A stretch of 58,729 bases of DNA from Bacillota bacterium (lineage in GTDB: Bacteria > Bacillota > Clostridia > Christensenellales > CAG-917): assembly GCA_050873585.1 (NCBI GenBank), contig JBNMJA010000001.1:1-58729 (forward strand). The letters run 5' to 3'. The notes below the pieces were generated by a model. It was not told the DNA's origin, made no database searches, and saw only the letters and a program-made list of their open reading frames with translations. The first letter of the stretch is position 1; every line of letters starts with the position of its first letter. The translations under genes and the position numbers were made by a program. Shown piece after piece: positions 53,741-58,729 of the stretch.

Positions 53741-56170
53741 ATGAAATTCAAAATAACTCAAAAGGAAATCGAAAATCACATTTCCGGAGTGTTGACCAGT
53801 TATTTCGGTGTCAAAGCCGAAGACGCAAGCAAGGCGCAAATCTACCGTGCCACTTGTATGGTCGTTCGCGATTTGTTGACCACCGAGCGCGTCAATTTCA
53901 AAAAGGAATGTCGTGCGCAGAACGCCAAGCAAGTTTATTATATGTCAATGGAATTTTTGCTCGGCAGGTCGCTTCGCAACCATCTTTTCAATATGGGTAT
54001 AACCGAAGAAGTCACCAAAGCGGTGGAAAGTTTCGGTGTCAAGATGGACGAAATTTATGCCTTTGAACCCGACGCAGGGCTCGGAAACGGCGGTTTGGGC
54101 AGACTTGCGGCGGCGTATATGGACGCTCTCACGTCTTGCGATTATCCCGCAAACGGATTCTGCATCCTTTACGACTACGGCATTTTCAAACAAGTCGTAG
54201 TTGACGGATGGCAACTCGAGCAACCCGACGATTGGCTCAAAATGGGCGACGTATGGCTCAATCCTCGTCCCGAGGAAACCTATCAGGTCAAATTCGGCGG
54301 CGTAGTAGACCAAAACTGGCAAGACGGCAAACTCACCGTTACGCAAAGAGATTGCACTGTCGTCAACGCCGTTCCGTACGATATGAACGTGTCCGGTTAC
54401 GACACGAGTGCGGTCAACAGATTAAGACTTTGGAAGTCGCAAGCCCCTCAAGATTTCGATATGGATATGTTCAGCAAAGGCGAGTATATCAAGGCAATCG
54501 AAGCAAAGGCTATGGCGGAATCCATCAACAAGGTTCTTTATCCTGCCGACGACCATATCGAAGGCAAATCGTTGCGCCTTAAACAACAATACTTCTTCGT
54601 TTCGGCGTCCATTCAATCCATTTTGCGCCGTCACTTGAAGTTCAACCCGAGCCTTGACAACCTTGCCGACAGAGTGGCAATCCACATCAACGACACGCAC
54701 CCGACGCTTTGTATTCCCGAGCTCATGCGACTTTTGCTCGACGAGTACGGTTACGGCTGGGATCAGGCGTGGGATATCGTCACGCACGTCATTTCCTACA
54801 CCAACCATACGGTTATGGCGGAAGCGCTTGAAAAGTGGCCTCAAAGCCTCTTCCAAAGCCTTCTTCCGAGAATTTTCCAAATCATACAGGAAATCAATCA
54901 ACGTTTCTGCGGCGAATTGTGGGCGTTCTATCCCAACAACTGGGACGTCGTCAATCGCAACGCAGTGCTTTCAAACGGACAAGTCAAGATGGCAAATCTC
55001 TGCCTTGCGACCTCGCACACCATCAACGGCGTGAGCGCGCTCCACAGCGACATTCTCAAAAACGACGTTTTTGCGGACTACTACCGTATGCATCCCGAAA
55101 AGTTCACCAACGTCACCAACGGCATCACGCACAGACGTTGGGTTGCGCAGGCAAATCCTCGCCTTGCGAGTTTGCTCAACGAACTTATCGGTGACGGCTG
55201 GCTCAAAGACGCAGACAAATTGCAAGACCTTCAAAGATATATGGGCGACAGACAAGTGCTTGACCGTCTTGCCGACATCAAACATAAAAACAAGGAAGAC
55301 CTTGCAAAGTATATCCTTGAACACAACAACGTCGTCGTCAATCCCGACAGCATCTTCGACGTACAGGTGAAGAGATTGCACGAGTACAAGCGCCAACTTC
55401 TCAATGCGCTCAACATTCTCGATCTCTATCTTCAACTCAAAGAGAATCCGAATCTCGACATTCAGCCCCGCACGTTTATCTTCGGCGCAAAGGCGGCAAG
55501 TGCCTACTATATGGCAAAGCAAATCATCCGCTTCATCTGCGCGCTTGGCGATCTTGTCAACAACGATCCCGACGTCAAGGGCAAACTCAAAGTCGTTTTC
55601 CTTGAAAACTACCGCGTATCTCTTGCCGAAATCATTATGCCGGCGGCGGAAGTCAGCGAGCAAATCTCTCTCGCAGGCAAAGAAGCAAGCGGCACGGGCA
55701 ATATGAAGTTTATGATCAACGGTGCTCTCACCATCGGCACGCTCGACGGTGCGAACGTTGAAATTCACAGCGAAGTCGGCGACGGCAATATCTTCCTCTT
55801 CGGCATGCTTGCCAACGAGGTTGAGGATCTTTGGAGAAGAGGCTACAATCCTTCTCATTATTATCAAACCAATCCTCGCATCAAACGCCTCATCGACACG
55901 CTTCGCCAAGGCGTCAACAACATTTCTTTCGGCGAAATAGCCGATTCGCTCACCACCGGTCGCGGCGGACAACCCGACAGTTACATGGTCCTTGCCGACT
56001 TCGACAGTTATTCTGCCGCACAACGTCGCGTCAACGACATCTACCTTGACAAAGAAACTTGGAATCGCATGTCCCTCGTCAACATTGCCAAAGCGGGATT
56101 TTTCGCAGCGGACAGGTCGGTGGAGGAGTATGCGACTCGCATCTGGAATCTCCAAAAAGTGCGTCATTGA
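53741..56170 (+). CDS. glgP: Glycogen/maltodextrin phosphorylase
   Basis: EFLLGRSL, GNGGLGRLAA, TNHTVMAEALEKW and the PLP-lysine motif EASGTGNMKFMINGA are present. Confidence 0.95.
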   Translation: MKFKITQKEIENHISGVLTSYFGVKAEDASKAQIYRATCMVVRDLLTTERVNFKKECRAQNAKQVYYMSMEFLLGRSLRNHLFNMGITEEVTKAVESFGVKMDEIYAFEPDAGLGNGGLGRLAAAYMDALTSCDYPANGFCILYDYGIFKQVVVDGWQLEQPDDWLKMGDVWLNPRPEETYQVKFGGVVDQNWQDGKLTVTQRDCTVVNAVPYDMNVSGYDTSAVNRLRLWKSQAPQDFDMDMFSKGEYIKAIEAKAMAESINKVLYPADDHIEGKSLRLKQQYFFVSASIQSILRRHLKFNPSLDNLADRVAIHINDTHPTLCIPELMRLLLDEYGYGWDQAWDIVTHVISYTNHTVMAEALEKWPQSLFQSLLPRIFQIIQEINQRFCGELWAFYPNNWDVVNRNAVLSNGQVKMANLCLATSHTINGVSALHSDILKNDVFADYYRMHPEKFTNVTNGITHRRWVAQANPRLASLLNELIGDGWLKDADKLQDLQRYMGDRQVLDRLADIKHKNKEDLAKYILEHNNVVVNPDSIFDVQVKRLHEYKRQLLNALNILDLYLQLKENPNLDIQPRTFIFGAKAASAYYMAKQIIRFICALGDLVNNDPDVKGKLKVVFLENYRVSLAEIIMPAAEVSEQISLAGKEASGTGNMKFMINGALTIGTLDGANVEIHSEVGDGNIFLFGMLANEVEDLWRRGYNPSHYYQTNPRIKRLIDTLRQGVNNISFGEIADSLTTGRGGQPDSYMVLADFDSYSAAQRRVNDIYLDKETWNRMSLVNIAKAGFFAADRSVEEYATRIWNLQKVRH

Positions 56171-56545
56171 GCAAATAGCCGCGGCAGACGCATCTTGCCG
56201 CCAAGTCACGTACGCTTAGTACGTTAGGCTTGTCGGCAAGATACATCTTTCTTGCTATTTATCTCAATGACACACTTTTTGATCAAAAGTGCTTGAGTTA
56301 ATAAACATAGACAGTAACGTAGAGTGTCATCTCATTTACGTCAAGTAAATTAGGGTTGCCGTTCGGGCATCGCTTCCTCGTTATTCATCTCAATGACACA
56401 CTTTTTGGCTTAAAGAAATGTGCTTGGGTGATAACACCGACAGAAAATCTCGCACACAAACAGTCACGCACGCAGAGTACGCTCCTGTCTGCTTGCGAGG
56501 CTCTTCCTTGCTATTCATCTTAATGACACACTTTTTTAGATTTAT
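56171..56545 (+). repeat. Three tandem palindromic-element copies (A, B-half, A) between glgP and the GH13 gene
   Basis: The copies lie at ~56171-56275, ~56325-56400 and ~56440-56545. Each ends in (T)ATTCATCT(C/T)AATGACACACTTTTT. Confidence 0.85.
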
Positions 56546-56555
56546 AAGATAAAAG

Positions 56556-58337
56556 ATGACTATGTATTCACCACTTATACACAAAAAACCCTACGGTGCA
56601 AGCGTATGCAATCAGGCAACGCAAATCACGTTTCCTATTCCGAGTTCGCTTCAAATCAAGCGAGTATTTATCGTATTGCGTCAAGTCTTTGGCGAGGGTG
56701 GAGCGGTGAGCGGCGATTCTTTGCGTTACGAACTTCCGTTTTCTCACAGCGGTGAAAGTCAAGACTTTTTTGAAGGAGCGTTTGCTTTGTTCGAGTGGGG
56801 AATATGGCAATATCGTTTCGAGGGTGAGTTTTCGGACGGCAATCTTGCGTTCTTTGGAAGAGGACTTGACGGAACGGCTGTAAGAGGCAATTGGTTGCCC
56901 GAATGGCAGTTGACCGTCACGAAACGCGACTATAAAACGCCGAATTGGGCAAAACAGGGCGTCATTTATCAAATTTTTGCAGATAGATTCTGCAAGGTCG
57001 GCGACAAACCTTTCACAAAGAGAGGACGGTTGCACTCCGATTGGTACGAGCGCCCCGACATAGCCGAAGACGACAAAGATTATCGCGCGGACGACTTTTT
57101 CGGAGGCAACGCAACGGGTATAATTTCAAAACTCGATTATCTCAAAACGTTCGGAGTGAGTTGCATCTATCTTTCTCCTATTTTCGAATCTTGCTCCAAC
57201 CATCGCTACGACACGGGAGATTATCTCAAAATCGATCCTTTGTTTGCAACGGAAGAGGAATTCGCAACTCTGATTGAAAAGGCAAAAGAGAAGGGCATAC
57301 GCATTATGCTTGACGGCGTTTTCAACCATACGGGCTCGGACAGCAGATATTTCAACAAGGAAGGCACATACGACAGCCTCGGCGCATATCAGAGCAAGCA
57401 ATCTCCATATTACGACTGGTACTACTTTACGCATTATCCCGACGAGTACGCTTGTTGGTGGGGAAGCACCGTCGTGCCCACGGTCAACAAGAGTGCAAAA
57501 GGCTTTTGCGATTTGATACTCGGCGAAAACGGAGTTATAGACAAGTGGTCTAAACTCGGCGTCAAGGGTTGGCGACTCGATGTTGTTGACGAACTGCCGA
57601 TTGATTTCACCGACAAACTCTGCGCACGCATCAAGAGTGAGGGCGACGATATGCTCGTTGTCGGCGAGGTCTGGGAAGACGCCTCGATAAAGATTGCGTA
57701 CAGCGAGTGGCGACCGTATTTTATGGGCGAACAACTTGATTCGGTTATGAACTATCCGTTCAAAGAGGCGATTTTGGCGTATGCCTTGAGCGACGACAAA
57801 AACGCGTTCGTGTCCGACGTCACCGCCATACTCGAGCATTACCCAAAGCAGTCGCTCGACGTATTGATGAATCTTATCGACAGTCATGACACCGCCCGCG
57901 CTCTCACCGTCCTATCGGGAGTCAAGCCACCGTATTCCAAAGCGGACAGAGCGGATTTCGCCCTCACACGCGAGCAGTACGATCTTGCAAAGCGCAGACT
58001 CAAACTTGCAAGTGCACTTCAATACACTCTTCCGGGCGTTCCTTGCGTGTTCTACGGCGACGAAGCGGGCAAGCAAGGCTATGAAGACCCCCTTAACCGC
58101 GGAACGTATCCGTGGGGAAGAGAGGATTCCGAGTTGATTGAACACTATCGCACACTCGGGAAATTCAGAGAGAAATACGCCAAGTTGTTGCAAGGTGAAA
58201 CCCATTTTATTTCCGATCGCGACAAACTCATATTCGAGCGCACTAGCGAAGACGGTACACTGCGTGTCGAGTCGCAAGGCTTGCGTCTTTTGGCAATCGT
58301 AAACGGAAAAACGGAATTGGCAATTAATAATGAATAA
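56556..58337 (+). CDS. GH13 alpha-amylase-family enzyme (neopullulanase/cyclomaltodextrinase-like, cytoplasmic)
   Basis: Conserved regions DGVFNHTG, GWRLDVVDE, VVGEVWED and LIDSHDTAR are present. There is no signal peptide. Confidence 0.85.
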   Translation: MTMYSPLIHKKPYGASVCNQATQITFPIPSSLQIKRVFIVLRQVFGEGGAVSGDSLRYELPFSHSGESQDFFEGAFALFEWGIWQYRFEGEFSDGNLAFFGRGLDGTAVRGNWLPEWQLTVTKRDYKTPNWAKQGVIYQIFADRFCKVGDKPFTKRGRLHSDWYERPDIAEDDKDYRADDFFGGNATGIISKLDYLKTFGVSCIYLSPIFESCSNHRYDTGDYLKIDPLFATEEEFATLIEKAKEKGIRIMLDGVFNHTGSDSRYFNKEGTYDSLGAYQSKQSPYYDWYYFTHYPDEYACWWGSTVVPTVNKSAKGFCDLILGENGVIDKWSKLGVKGWRLDVVDELPIDFTDKLCARIKSEGDDMLVVGEVWEDASIKIAYSEWRPYFMGEQLDSVMNYPFKEAILAYALSDDKNAFVSDVTAILEHYPKQSLDVLMNLIDSHDTARALTVLSGVKPPYSKADRADFALTREQYDLAKRRLKLASALQYTLPGVPCVFYGDEAGKQGYEDPLNRGTYPWGREDSELIEHYRTLGKFREKYAKLLQGETHFISDRDKLIFERTSEDGTLRVESQGLRLLAIVNGKTELAINNE

Positions 58338-58420
58338 TTAATAATTGCGGGTGGGGTTGCACCCCACACCCCAAACGCACACTTGTTCGTTGCCTACTTA
58401 TTAACAAAATCCTCCTGTTT

Positions 58421-58466
58421 GAAAACAAAACAAAAACCCCTGTCCGCTCTTATTGCAGAGCGGACT
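58421..58466 (-). terminator. Rho-independent terminator for a minus-strand transcript
   Basis: On the minus strand, GTCCGCTCT-GCAATA-AGAGCGGAC is followed by AGGGGTTTTTGTTTTGTTTTC. Confidence 0.8.
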
Positions 58467-58729
58467 TATTAACGGTCACTCATTCGCAGCGTTCTTATAC
58501 ACGGTATCTGCCATTTCGAAGACGGAATCCGAGCCGCAAGGCGGCGAGCATATGAGCGCCGCGCTCTCGTCGCACACAAGCCCCATTGCTCCAACCGCAA
58601 CTTGTTGCAGTTGTTCGCTTTGGTTCTTTGTGCTCCTCTTCCCACACGACGAAAACTGTGCTTTCATCGTTATAACTCACGCTTTTGTTCGCTTGTTTTC
58701 GTCGTGTGTGAGCCTTGTGTGCGCAGTAC

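Noticed and set aside
58390-58420. AGGAGG followed by a TTG-initiated 26-codon minus-strand ORF running back into the GH13 gene 3' end.
   Set aside because: It lies downstream of the minus-strand terminator, overlaps the convergent gene and has no supporting features.

Overview
This 58.7 kb window looks like chromosomal DNA from an endospore-forming Firmicute (Clostridia-like). Hand-counted samples of ordinary genes give about 48-50% GC. All product calls come from motifs read in the supplied translations and from synteny; no database search was run.

Content in order:
- A pile of palindromic intergenic repeats, followed by an AT-rich (~30% GC) single-gene island encoding a pentapeptide-repeat/metallophosphoesterase fusion.
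- A TetR regulator divergent from a five-gene Opp/Nik-type ABC importer, plus a Cys-rich TPR-like protein and a flavin-reductase-like protein.
- A free-standing tRNA-Ala(UGC)/tRNA-Ile(GAU) pair.
- spo0A.
- A double zinc-ribbon protein with an extreme poly-Asp/Glu tail, next to a 1,443-aa BspA-type LRR lipoprotein.
- proS and a membrane-anchored ComEC-type MBL hydrolase.
- rpsF-ssb-rpsR and a lipoprotein.
- mrnC-rlmB-sigH.
- A transglutaminase-like lipoprotein.
- spoIIR, sleB-ypeB and yabP-yabQ.
- An HxxxDG acyltransferase, a short (595 aa) AlaRS and a PHP phosphatase.
- Three tandem subtilase cassettes: two truncated and one complete S8 lipoprotein.
- An Asp23-like membrane protein and greA-lysS.
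- An OmpR/HK two-component pair and ispE.
- A glycogen cluster: glgB-glgC-glgD, glgA-glgP and a GH13 enzyme.

Strongest non-standard signals:
1. A family of ~105-130 nt long-hairpin elements, with at least 14 copies or fragments. Nearly all abut stop codons. Their stems differ between copies yet stay complementary, while their internal loops are conserved.
2. The subtilase locus, whose three cassettes share an almost identical promoter/leader/signal-peptide module but diverge downstream.
3. The low-GC metallophosphoesterase island.

I cannot show from sequence alone that any of these is a new functional system.
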